DNA from: Eledone cirrhosa
Taxonomy: Eukaryota
DNA length: 64,000 bases
Assembly: GCA_964016885.1 (NCBI GenBank)
Contig: OZ024741.1
Span: 218,798,001-218,862,000 of the forward strand
Reading direction: 5' to 3'
Shown: piece by piece, positions 52,767-64,000 of the stretch
Position numbering within the stretch: the first letter of the stretch is position 1
How the letters are laid out: every line of letters starts with the position of its first letter
Program-made: the position numbers and the translations under genes
Notes under the pieces: generated by a model
What the model saw: only the letters and a program-made list of their open reading frames with translations
Told to the model about the DNA's origin: nothing
Database searches by the model: none

Positions 52767-53220
52767 AAGAATGAGAAATAAGATAGATTGAGGAGACAGG
52801 CAGGTTGGATTTGGAAAAAATGTCTTTGGAATTGATAAAAATAACAGGTCCATTCATGTTGACATCTCTTACAAAACTGGTGGTGTTTTGTGTATGATTT
52901 ATTTTTTAGAAAAGCGGATTGGGTTTTGTAGTTTTTTTGCAGATGAGGGAAAGGTAAGAAGAGTTAGCTATAAGAAACTGAGAGGGAGAAGCTAGAATGT
53001 AATAAAATACAATTAAGTAGATAAAACTTGTTTAAAAACGGTTTATGTTTTGATTTATTGTTTTAGTGAAGATAGAGGTGTAGAAAGGTGACTGTATGAG
53101 AGTTAATGTTAGAATTAAGTTTAGATTTAGAATCAGGATTAATGTTACATGACTACAGTCTACGAGTCTTATATATATTAACCCATGCTAGTATGGAAAA
53201 ATGGACGTTAAAAGATGATG

Positions 53221-53279
<59 letters not shown>

Positions 53280-53283
<4 letters not shown>

Positions 53284-54529
53284 CAATAACAGAGATAGTT
53301 TAAAGCTAATCTCTGACTAGTAACCATCTCACTCAACAAACATTAGGTTATATTTTAATATAAACCCAATTTAAGTGTTTGGGGTGCTAACAATATGTAT
53401 TATGTGGAAAAGCCAGTTGTATTATTTTATGAGATATAATTAAAGTTAAAATATATCTCTCTTTCCAAACAATTGTTTCATTATAAGTTTTCTACAAATT
53501 CGGAGAATATTTCCAGTTTATGCAGAAGCCTAATATATATTCATGTAAGAATATATTTAGGTGGGCGTTTATAAATCATCAGTGGAAGCCCAATAAACTT
53601 TGATATAAGAAAAACATTTCTTACCACAGTCAAAAATCGTGTCCGTTAAGTTACTCCTTCCCGCATCGAATGACCGGCAAATTTGAAATTCCAGCAGTTT
53701 TTGACTGAGGAAGTATTATAGCGTCACTAAGCGGGAAAGGGAGACAACTACGATCCACGAAAGGAGGAAAAAAATAATAATATACACGCGGGTTAATCAG
53801 TTTTTTCGAAAACATTATCAATCCAACGTGTTAAGAACTCAATGGAAATTAAAAAAATAAATATATGCGTGTATAAATTACACACGCATATAGATATTTT
53901 CTTAGGCTAAAAACAGAGGTTGTACCTGAATAAAAAACCGCATCTCGTAACCGTAGTAAATACGGAAAGTTATGCTTTAAAGGGCAAATGGGAATGTAAA
54001 TCTCCGGCCGAATTAAGAGTAAAATATAAAACACACGCGGGTTAATTAGTTATTTCAAAACTAATATCAATTCCTCGTGTAAAGAACTCAATTAATTAAA
54101 AAAAATAAATGTATGCATGTAATTATATACATAGGCATATATATATTTTCTTAGGCTAAAAAACAGAGAAGTTACAACCAATAAAAACCACAATATCGCA
54201 CAACAGTAATAAATACGGAAAGTCAAATTTATAAGGTACCTGGAAATAAACACCTCTGGCCAATCAAGAGTAAAATATTAATACAATAACGGAGATAGTT
54301 TAAAGCTAATCTCTGACTGGTAACCATCTCACTCAACAAACATTAGGTTATATTTTAATATAAACCCAATTTAAGTGTTTGGGGTGCTAACAATATGTAT
54401 TATGTGGAAAAGCCAGTTGTATTATTTTATGAGATATAATTAAAGTTAAAATATATCTCTCTTTCCAAACAATTGTTTCATTATAAGTTTTCTACAAATT
54501 CGGAGAATATTTCCAGTTTATGCAGAAGC

Positions 54530-54540
<11 letters not shown>
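53280..54540. repeat. 1.26-kb element with ~260-bp near-identical direct repeats and an internal ~250-bp duplication, lying in (TA)n
   Basis: 53280-53540 matches 54280-54540; 53783-54030 resembles 54032-54280. Confidence 0.85.
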
Positions 54541-54628
<88 letters not shown>

Positions 54629-54894
54629 ATATATATGTATATATATATGTATATACATATATTATATATGTATATGTATATACCAACACCTCAGTATGCA
54701 GGCTGGAGCACTCGTATATATATGAGTCCTGGGTTCAATTGGAGAGGATTTCATTTGAATGAAACAGTTCTAGTCTTGTAGAAGACATTTCTATATTAAA
54801 CATGATATATATATATATATTAATAATAATAATTAACAGTTATTATTGGGTTGAAACTTTACCAGAGGGTTCTAGGCTCGATGCAATATATATA

Positions 54895-55954
54895 TCTACT
54901 ATATAAATTGGAAGTGGTCGGACATTGTATATTTAAGTAAGTGTAGTCGGATAAACGTTGAAACGGTTTGGTGGAATGCAGCGAAAATTTACACAGTTAT
55001 GTAGAATGACCCGAGGAGGCGTTGGGTCGACTTTTAGTGTACAAGCTTCCATGGTTACGGAGAAAATCGATGAAACAGGAATTCCCCATTCAAATTGAAC
55101 TGAGAGTAATCTGTGAACGCAGAAGTCAATATTTCGAGAAACGTTGCAACCGAACGAAAACAGAAAGACGATATTTTGGTTCGTGAAGACGTTCCCTGGC
55201 AATGAATGGGGAAAAAAGCGAGGATAATACGTCGTTATATGGATCGAGAAGAACAATTTCATGCAAAGACAAGACCAAGTTTATGGTATAAATGGAGTCA
55301 TTAGACTAATATTCTATTTAACATAACAGAATGATTTCCAGCACCGGAGTTTAAAAATGATGTAAATAAAATTGAAAACGAAAATGACAGAAGTTATTAA
55401 AATAGTAAAAGTAAATAGTGAAGATTTAGGCCAGTACATACATATGCCCCGACGGACATACACATACATACGCACACACAAATACATACCCCCCCCCCCA
55501 TACACACGAGCGGATGCGTGTATAAAGCTTATGCATTTCTACAGTATTTTCACCAAACTTAAGACATAGGTTACTTATGTACTCCGGATGGTCATGGGCA
55601 ATTTCATTTTTCCAGATATTCATTATAGGGCCTCCCGGCAGATAACCCCCTTTAACCACTTCCTTGGAGTCGACTGAAGAACTGCAGTGCAATGCAACAA
55701 AACGTCATAACTTCTGGAGTTAGCAACCGATTTTCACAAAACTTGATACATGGGCTACGTTTTTCCTACAGATGAATATGAACTCTCAGAATTGGCACAT
55801 ATTGAGTAGGGGACCCCTAGGGGCAGGAACCCTCTTTTGGAAAAAGCCGATGATTTTGTAAAAGTATAGTTTTCTAAGCAGCACTGAAGTATTGATATAA
55901 ATGGTATACACAACTGCTATTTAATACCCGAGCAACGCCGGGTACCTCTGCTAG
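54895..55954 (+). mobile_element. Non-autonomous Helitron
   Basis: 5' A|TCtactatataa; 3' hairpin tacccg-agcaacgc-cgggta followed by CTAG|T; inserted in an AT site. Confidence 0.85.
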
Positions 55955-56411
55955 TATATATATATATACACACACACAAACACTGTGTGTATGTATGTGT
56001 ATGTAGTATCATATATTTGTAGCGAGACTTCGCTTCATATTTACCAGTACTAGATGTGCAGTACTAGTTATGCAATAGTATGTGCAGTATTGTATGTGCA
56101 ATAATTGATATGCAGTACCATTATTTGTGCAGTACAATATATACTATGCGATATGTGCTGTACCACTATAAATGCAACATCATTTTACGGGGGTGGGGGG
56201 GGGGTCCTCTACATACATAAATTAGCAGGGTTCCCTAACCGCAGACAAAGTGATATATTACGAGGGATCCTTACATACTCAACCACAACATATATAAACA
56301 TCATGCCCCCAAACAATGTGTTGTATTGGTTGTATCTAAATTGACAGTGTGGCTGCAGACAAAGTAATGTATGTGTGTGTATGTATGTTTATATATATAT
56401 ATATATATATA

Positions 56412-56743
56412 TCATTTCATTTTACGTCCGCTTTTTCCCTGCTTGCAAGGGTGGGACGGTAACTGATTTTGGCTTGATTATTACAGCTGGATGCCCTTCC
56501 TAACACCAACCTCATTTACAGTGAGTGCTGGGTGATTTTTTGCCGTCGCACCTACACGACCACTTTGCAGTGGAATGATAGGGACCCCAGTCCCTATCTT
56601 CTCATTTCTACAGCTGAGTAAACTGGAGCAATGTGAAATAAAGTGTCTTGCTCAAGGAAACAACACATCACCCGGTCTGAGAAACTCACAACCTTTCGAT
56701 TGCAAGGCCAATGCTCTAACCACTAAGCCTAAGCCATGTGCCT

Positions 56744-56746
<3 letters not shown>
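56412..56746 (-). mobile_element. SINE family B copy
   Basis: Reverse complement of 21232-21573. Confidence 0.88.
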
Positions 56747-56813
<67 letters not shown>

Positions 56814-57025
56814 TCGTTTCTGAATTTGTTTAGCAAGATTCTTTATCTGAAATAGTGTGTTGAAACCGATATTGTTATACTTAGGGAGGGTCATGTTGCC
56901 AATAAGAAACACACGCCCCAGTTGCTTTCACTTCAATTTATTATAGTAAATTTATAATAAATTTATAACTTTATAAATTTCCGGTTGGTTGGTTGGTTCC
57001 ACAACCAGATAGTTGTTTATATATT

Positions 57026-57068
57026 GTCATAGTTCTTTCGTCACACACTCTGTGACCTCTTCAGTGAC
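57026..57068 (-). ncRNA. Minimal type I hammerhead ribozyme with intact core
   Basis: gtca-CTGAAGA-g-gtcaca/tgtgac-GAAA-gaac-TA-tgac. Confidence 0.8.
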
Positions 57069-57980
57069 TGGGATTCCTTTCTTTGTTTCTGTGCCTCTTC
57101 TTTGTTCTGTCCTACGCCATTTTGTTTCTGTGTGTGTGTGTTGTGTGCTCAGTCTGCGCATGCGCCACATCCGGGTGTCTGTGTGTGTTTATGTTCATTT
57201 ATTTATTTGTTTATTTACATGTTACTGGTTGGTTGTTTGTTCTATGTGTGTGTGTGTTTTCATTTTGTCCTTAATTGTAAGTTGTGATGTTGCTGTTCCA
57301 CTCATATTTTCTATTTAATTTTGGTTGTAATTCTTTTATGTTTATTGCCTCTGTAATTTGTCTAAACATTGCGTCTTTGCTGTGTGTAGATTCTATTTTT
57401 ATTTCTATGTTCTCTAATTTACCCTTGTGTTCTATTTTAGCATGTTGGTAGAGTACAGATGATTCTTTACTATCTTGAAGGTCTCACCAGTGTTCATTTA
57501 TCCGTTCTCCTACGCTACGAGCTGTCTCACCTATGTACATTATATTTTTGTCTCTACATTGTCCTTCAGTACATCTTATGCTATACACTACATTTCTAGT
57601 TTTGCAGTTAATATGGGGGCTTATTTTACAGGTTATACATTTCTTATCTATACATGAGGGTCTTTGAAAAGGGTATGTCTTGCTAATAAGTGTTTTTATG
57701 GAGGTACCTGGTCTTTCTACTATCTTAATATTGAGTTTATGTTTGTTTAGGGCCCTTCTAAATTTGTAAGCTAATTCCCCTCTAGGGGTTGTATCGATGA
57801 ACATTACACTCTGGTATTTATTGCTATCATACCATGAGTTTATTCTATTAGCCTTGTTCCTAGTTCTTTCTATTCTATTCCAAAATGTGCTCCTATACAA
57901 GGGGCAGGTCCCATTTATGTCATTATTTACCATTTTTTCCCATTTGGTTCTGGCTCCTCTATACACTCTGATTGTATCTC

Positions 57981-58768
57981 GCATGTGCAACCCCGAAGAA
58001 CTAGAGAGACACATACAACACTTCATCCACCGTATGCAGTTCTCTGGCTACAATCAGAGAGATACAATCAGAGTGTATAGAGGAGCCAGAACCAAATGGG
58101 AAAAAATGGTAAATAATGACATAAATGGGACCTGCCCCTTGTATAGGAGCACATTTTGGAATAGAATAGAAAGAACTAGGAACAGGGCTAATAGAATAAA
58201 CTTATGGTATGATAGCAATAAATACCAGAGTGTAATGTTCATCGATACAACCCCTAGAGGGGAATTAGCTTACAAATTTAGAAGGGCCCTAAACAAACAT
58301 AAACTCAATATTAAGATAGTAGAAAGACCAGGTACCTCCATAAAAACACTTATTAGCAAGACATACCCTTTTCAAAGACCCTCATGTATAGATAAGAAAT
58401 GTATAACCTGTAAAATAAGCCCCCATATTAACTGCAAAACTAGAAATGTAGTGTATAGCATAAGATGTACTGAAGGACAATGTAGAGACAAAAATATAGT
58501 GTACATAGGTGAGACAGCTCGTAGCGTAGGAGAACGGATAAATGAACACTGGCGAGACCTTCAAGATAGTAAAGAATCATCTATACTCTACCAACATGCT
58601 AAAATAGAACACAAGGGTAAATTAGAGAACATAGAAATAAAAATAGAATCTACACACAGAAAAGACGCAATGTTTAGACAAATTACAGAGGCAATAAACA
58701 TAAAAGAATTACAACCAAAATTAAATAGAAAATATGAGTGGAACAGCAACATCACAACTTACAATTAA
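57981..58768 (+). CDS. Penelope-like (Naiad-like) polyprotein C-terminus: linker, Zn finger, GIY-YIG endonuclease
   Basis: PLYR..WNRIER, CIDKKCITC..C, NVVYSIRCTEGQC..YIGETARS..ERINEH..QH..EH, RQITEAINI, LNRKYEW; the N-terminus in the ORF track is read-through from the inverted arm. Confidence 0.9.
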
Positions 58769-58968
58769 GGACAAAATGAAAACACACACACACATAGAAC
58801 AAACAACCAACCAGTAACATGTAGATAAACAAATAAATAAATGAACATAAACACACACAGACACCCGGATGTGGCGCATGCGCAGACTGAGCACACAACA
58901 CACACACAGAAACAAAATGGCGTAGGACAGAACAAAGGAGAGGCACAGAAACAAAGAAAGGAATCCCA

Positions 58969-59034
58969 GTCACTGAAGAGGTCACAGAGTGTGTGATGAA
59001 GAGGTCACAGAGTGTGTGACGAAAGAACTGTGAC
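58969..59034 (+). ncRNA. Hammerhead copy, probably inactive
   Basis: 23-bp tandem duplication of core plus stem II (58974-59019); cleavage triplet is CUG. Confidence 0.65.
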
Positions 59035-59171
59035 AATATATAAACAACTATCTGGTTGTGGAACCAACCAACCAACCAGAAATTTATAAATTTATAAATT
59101 TATTATAATAATTGAAGTGAAAGCAACTGGTGCATGTGTTTCTTATTGGCAACATGACCCTCCCTAAGTAT

Positions 59172-59249
<78 letters not shown>

Positions 59250-59719
59250 TTATATATAGAGATTTATATATATATGTATTTATATATATGTCTAACCCAT
59301 GCTAGCATGGAAAATTGACGTTAAACGAAGATGATGATGATGATGAAAGAAAAAACATGTTTCATTTACATGTATTTAGTTTTTTATTGTGTATCGACCC
59401 ATTCCATGTGTTTCACAGAGGATTGGCTCAGGGTCACCCATAGAAGTTATAGACCGAGACCTCTGGCGTTACGCAGTAATACAGAAGACCTGACTTCCCA
59501 CGGGTACAAGCCGAAGCTGAAGCATATAGGCAGTATGACCCCACCCAGTGCTGACTGTAAATGAGGTTACTGTTAGGAAAGGCATCCAGTTCTGTATGAA
59601 CAAGACATGATCACCCAACCAGGCACTGCCCACAACAGCAAAGAACTCGTCTGACCCATTCTAGCATGGAAAAATGGATGTAAAACGGTGATGAAGATGA
59701 TGATGCTATATATATATAA

Positions 59720-60040
59720 CAAAAACAAGATGGCGTAGGACAGAACAAAAAAGAGGCACAAAAACAAAGAAAAGAATCCCCAGTCACTGAAGAGGTCACA
59801 GAATGTGTGATGAAAGAACTTTGACAATATATGAACAACCGTCCGGTTATGGAACCAACCAACCAACCGGAAATTTATAAATTCTTAAATTTATAAATTT
59901 AATTTATAATAAATTGGAGTGAAAGCAACTGGTGCGTGTGTTTCTTATTGGCAACATGACCCTCCCAAAGCATAACAATATCGGTTTCAACACACGTTTT
60001 CAGATAAAGAATCTTGCTAAACAAATTCAGAAACGAAATA
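59720..60040 (+). mobile_element. Solo terminal-repeat fragment of the same Penelope-like family, hammerhead at 59783-59825
   Basis: Matches 58905-59177 and the reverse complement of 56808-56870; triplet CUU. Confidence 0.88.
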
Positions 60041-60060
60041 TATATACATATATATATATA

Positions 60061-60172
60061 TTATTAGTACAGATTAAAGTTTAAGATCCCGTGATAGGGT
60101 GAAAGCAGTGATTCTTTGCTTAAACTTTACTCTGTACTAATAATAGATATTTGCTCTACAGGTTTACATATA

Positions 60173-60210
<38 letters not shown>

Positions 60211-60245
60211 CTTTATCAAGCCCTCTTTGGATTTTGGTCTTCTTC
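60061..60245 (+). mobile_element. Short fold-back, same family as 37244-37550
   Basis: ttattagtacagattaaagtttaag / cttaaactttactctgtactaataa surrounding the 3' half of the hammerhead. Confidence 0.7.
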
Positions 60246-60347
60246 CAAGCGATGGCAACATGAATGGATTTGTTATTTTTCTGTAAAAACATTTTTTTCC
60301 GATTCTGCCCTGCCCGTCCCTTCTATCTTTCTAATTTCTCATTTTTT

Positions 60348-60383
60348 TCTTCTGATGATGGACTAGCGCCTGAAACGTTAAGA
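60348..60383 (+). ncRNA. Minimal hammerhead with palindromic ACGT stem III, in a Penelope-type terminal repeat (60245-60470)
   Basis: tctt-CTGATGA-tgg actagcg cct-GAAA-CG-TT-aaga. Confidence 0.65.
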
Positions 60384-60487
60384 CCCTCTTCCTGCTATTT
60401 CAAGCGTTAAACTAATATATTCGTTCCATATACTGTACCGTTTGTGTAGTTATTTCTGTTTACATTTTACATACATACATACATATA

Positions 60488-61250
60488 TCATCATCATCAT
60501 CATCATCATCGTTTAACGTCTATCTTCCACGCTAGCATCGGTTTAGACGGAAATTGTCTCAATTGAGGCAAGATTTGCCGTCTCGCTCATATAGGTCTGT
60601 CTGGCAGGTTTGCTACGGCTGGATGCCCTTCCTAACACCAACCACGTTTACAGTGTGGACTGGGAGGTTTTTACCGTGTTACCTACACGGCCACATTACA
60701 GCATGGACTGTGTATTTTTTTTATCATGACACCTACACGACCTCATTTATTTAGGACTGGATGTTGTGGTACAAACATAACTTTACAGAGAAAGGGGTGG
60801 TGTTGATGGGGGGAGGGGGGTAGTTGGATGGGGTGTATATTTGGTTAAGAGGTGCCTACTGACTGTAGGTTTCACTCTGTACATAGGCAAGGCGGGTCTT
60901 CTGTATTACTGTGTAGTGTCAAAGATATCACCCTTTTCTCTGTAAAGTTATGTTGGTACCACAACATCCAGTCCAAAATAATGAGGTCGTGTAGGTGTCA
61001 CAACAAAAAAACACACAGCCCACGCTGTAATGTGGTTGTGTAGGTAACATGGTAAAACGCTCCCAGTCCACACTGTAAATGTGGTTGGTGTTAGGAGGGG
61101 CATCCAGCCGTAGAAAACCTGCCAGCTAGTCCTATACGAGCGAGACAAGGTCACCCGACCAATCTTGCCTCAAGTGGGACAATTTCCGTCTAACCTATGC
61201 TAGCGTGGAAGATAGACGTTAAACGATGATGATGATGATGATGATGATGA
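60488..61250. mobile_element. Divergent pair of RTE 3' ends (60488-60920 minus, 60930-61250 plus)
   Basis: Both match the RTE UTR, with (GAT)n tails pointing outward. Confidence 0.85.
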
Positions 61251-61956
61251 TTATATATATATATATTGATGAAGTTATAGTGAGTATTCCCCATAAACCC
61301 ATTTGCTTACAATTACTGACTCAATGAGACATAGTTTGAACATGTGTGGAGTAAAGCCTATCTGAGTGCTAACAAAGTGTATAGTCGTTATATGGCATTT
61401 GTACACATATCTAATCTACAAGCCTAGCTGTGTTAAACTTTGCTAAAGAAACCTAATATTACTTGTTCCGCTCTTAAAATAAGGAGTTTTTTTTTTTACT
61501 CATGTTTATTATTAAATGTGTATGCTAGTGTAGCACATGTATGTATATATGTAATGTGATAGGTCTATGTGTGTGTGTGGGGGGGGGGGGGTATGTGATG
61601 GTATGTGTGTGTATACATGTGATATGTTTATATGTATATATGCATATGTATCTGTATACAAGAGGTATATGTTATATCTATGTTTATGTGTTTGATATAT
61701 GTGTGTGTACACATATATGTATTCATCTGGTATATATACATGATGTGTTTATATCTATCTGCCTATCTATCTACCTATACATTATATATATATATATATA
61801 TATATGGGTGTGTTTGTGTGTATGTGTATACATGTTATGTTTATATATATATGTGTGTGTGCGCATATACATGTTAGGTTTATATATATATGTATTATAT
61901 ATATATATATATTATATGTATGTCTAACCCTTGGTAGCAGGGAAGATGGACGATAA

Positions 61957-61987
<31 letters not shown>

Positions 61988-62214
61988 CGATGATTGCGTG
62001 TGTATATGTGTGTATATATGTTTATATCTATCTCGATATGGCTAGATGCGTGTTTCCGTTTATTGGAGTAACAGGATGGAGGGACAGTGCCCATGGCCTT
62101 CACAAACCGGATAGATGCTGTGTATGTGTGTGTACGTGTGTATGCATCAGTGTGTGTTTATATATGTGTAGTTGTTTATGTGTAAGTCTATATGTTTACA
62201 TTACTCTGTGAGGG

Positions 62215-64000
62215 TGTGTGTGTGTGTGTTTGAGAGAGTGTATGTGTTTGAGAGTGTGTGTGTTTGAGAGTGTGTGTGTGTTTGAGAGAGTGTATGTGTT
62301 TGAGAGTGTGTGTATGTGTTTGAGAGTGTGTATGTGTTTGAGAGTGTGTGTGTGTTTGAGAGAGTGTGTATGTGTTTGCAAGTGTGTGTGTGTTTGAGAG
62401 TGTGTGAGTTAGAGAGTGTGTGTGTGTTTGAGAGTGTGTGTATGTGTTTGAGAGAGTGTGTATGTGTTTGAGAGTGTGTATGTGTTTGAGAGTGTGTGTG
62501 TGTTTGAGAGTGTGTATGTGTTTGAGAGTGTGTGTGTGTTTGAGTGTGTGTGTGTGTGTTTGAGAGTGTGTATGTGTTTGAGAGTGTGTGTATGTGTTTG
62601 AGAGTGTGTGTATGTGTTTGAGAGTGTGTGTGTGTTTGAGAGTGTGTATGTGTTTGAGAGTGTGTGTGTGTTTGAGAGTGTGTGTATGTGTTTGAGAGTG
62701 TGTATGTGTTTGAGAGTGTGTGTGTGTTTGAGAGTGTGTGTATGTGTTTGAGAGTGTGTATGTGTTTGAGAGTGCGTATGCGTTTGAGAGTGTGTGTGTG
62801 TTTGAGAGTGTGTGTATGTGTTTGAGAGTGTGTGTGTGTTTGAGAGTGTGTGTGTGTTTGAGAATGTGTATGTGTTTGAGATTGTGTATGTGTTTGAGAT
62901 TGTGTATGTGTTTGAGTGTGTGTGTGTGTGTTTGAGAGTGTGTATGTGTTTGAGAGTGTGTATGTGTTTGAGAGCGTGTATGTGTTTGAGAGTGTGTGTA
63001 TGTGTTTGAGAGTGTGTGTGTGTTTGAGAGTGTGTATGTGTTTGAGAGTGTGTGTGTGTTTGAGAGTGTGTGTATGTGTTTGAGAGTGTGTATGTGTTTG
63101 AGAGTGCGTATGTGTTTGAGAGTGTGTATGTATTTGAGAGTGTGTATGTGTTTGAGAGTGTGTGTGTGTTTGAGAGTGTGTGTGTGTTTGAGAGTGTGTA
63201 TGTGTTTGAGATTGTGTATGTGTTTGAGATTGTGTATGTGTTTGAGAGTGTGTGTGTGTTTGAGAGTGTGTGTGTTTGAGAGTGTGTATGTGTTTGAGAG
63301 TGTGTGTGTTTGAGAGTGTGTATGTGTTTGAGAGTGTGTGTGTGCTTGAGAGAGTGTGTATGTGTTTGAGAGTGTGTGTGTGTGTTTGAGAGTGTGTATG
63401 TGTTTGAGAGTGTGTGTGTGTGTTTGAGAGTGTGTATGTGTTTGAGAGTGTGTATGTGTTTGAGAGTGTGTGTGTGTTTGAGAGTGTGTATGTGTTTGAG
63501 AGTGTGTGTGTTTGAGAGTGTGTATGTGTTTGAGAGTGTGTATGTGTTTGAGAGTGTGTGTGTTTGAGAGTGTGTATGTGTTTGAGAGTGTGTGTGTGCT
63601 TGAGAGAGTGTGTATGTGTTTGAGAGTGTGTGTGTGTGTTTGAGAGTGTGTATGTGTTTGAGAGTGTGTATGTGTTTGAGAGTGTGTGTGTGTTTGAGAG
63701 TGTGTGTGTGTTTGAGAGTGTGTATGTGTTTGAGAGTGTGTATGTGTTTGAGAGTGTGTATGTGTTTGAGATTGTGTATGTGTTTGAGAGTGTGTGTGTG
63801 TTTGAGAGTGTGTATGTGTTTGAGAGTGTGTATGTGTTTGAGAGTGTGTATGTGTTTGAGAGTGTGTATGTGTTTGAGAGTGTGTATGTGTTTGAGAGTG
63901 TGTGTGTTTGAGAGTGTGTATGTGTTTGAGAGTGTGTATGTGTTTGAGAGTGTGTGTGTGTGTTTGAGAGTGTGTATGTGTTTGAGATTGTGTATGTGTT
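62215..64000. repeat. ~18-bp minisatellite (gagagtgtgtatgtgttt)n running off the window
   Basis: Direct inspection. Confidence 0.97.

Larger units (their letters stand above)
56808..59177. mobile_element. Penelope-like element, 5'-truncated, arranged as a 2.4-kb inverted duplication
   Basis: Arms 56869-57980 and 58059-59177 with a 78-bp spacer; GIY-YIG ORF, hammerhead-bearing terminal repeat and (TA)n flanks. Confidence 0.93.

Noticed and set aside
57484-57486. In-frame TGA as selenocysteine (known in some Naiad elements)
   Set aside because: The other arm has CGA (Arg) at this codon, so it is most simply a CpG transition at a non-Cys position

Overview
Eukaryotic, AT-rich and repeat-saturated DNA. 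There are no prokaryotic genes, CRISPR arrays or rRNA/tRNA genes, and almost all ORF-track calls are translations of microsatellites. The repeat landscape suggests a cephalopod such as Octopus (inference from (TA)n/(CA)n/(GAT)n seas, tRNA-derived SINEs, RTE and CR1 LINEs and Penelope-like elements). Main content: (1) a nested satellite block at 5.3-18.4 kb (42-bp, ~180 x 62-bp and 71-bp units); (2) decayed RTE-type LINEs with a PHD-like finger, plus R4/Dong and CR1 fragments; (3) two SINE families; (4) a non-autonomous Helitron and hAT, Tc1/mariner and piggyBac-type MITEs; (5) a 2.4-kb palindrome of a Penelope-like (Naiad-like) GIY-YIG element. The most interesting signal is a set of at least five sequence-unrelated Penelope-type families, each carrying a type I hammerhead ribozyme motif, intact or decayed. 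Most copies are fold-backs, and several inversion junctions fall inside the ribozyme. A chain of short splice-site-bounded islands on the minus strand may be a host gene (speculative); one candidate exon has a near-perfect inverted copy 9.4 kb away.
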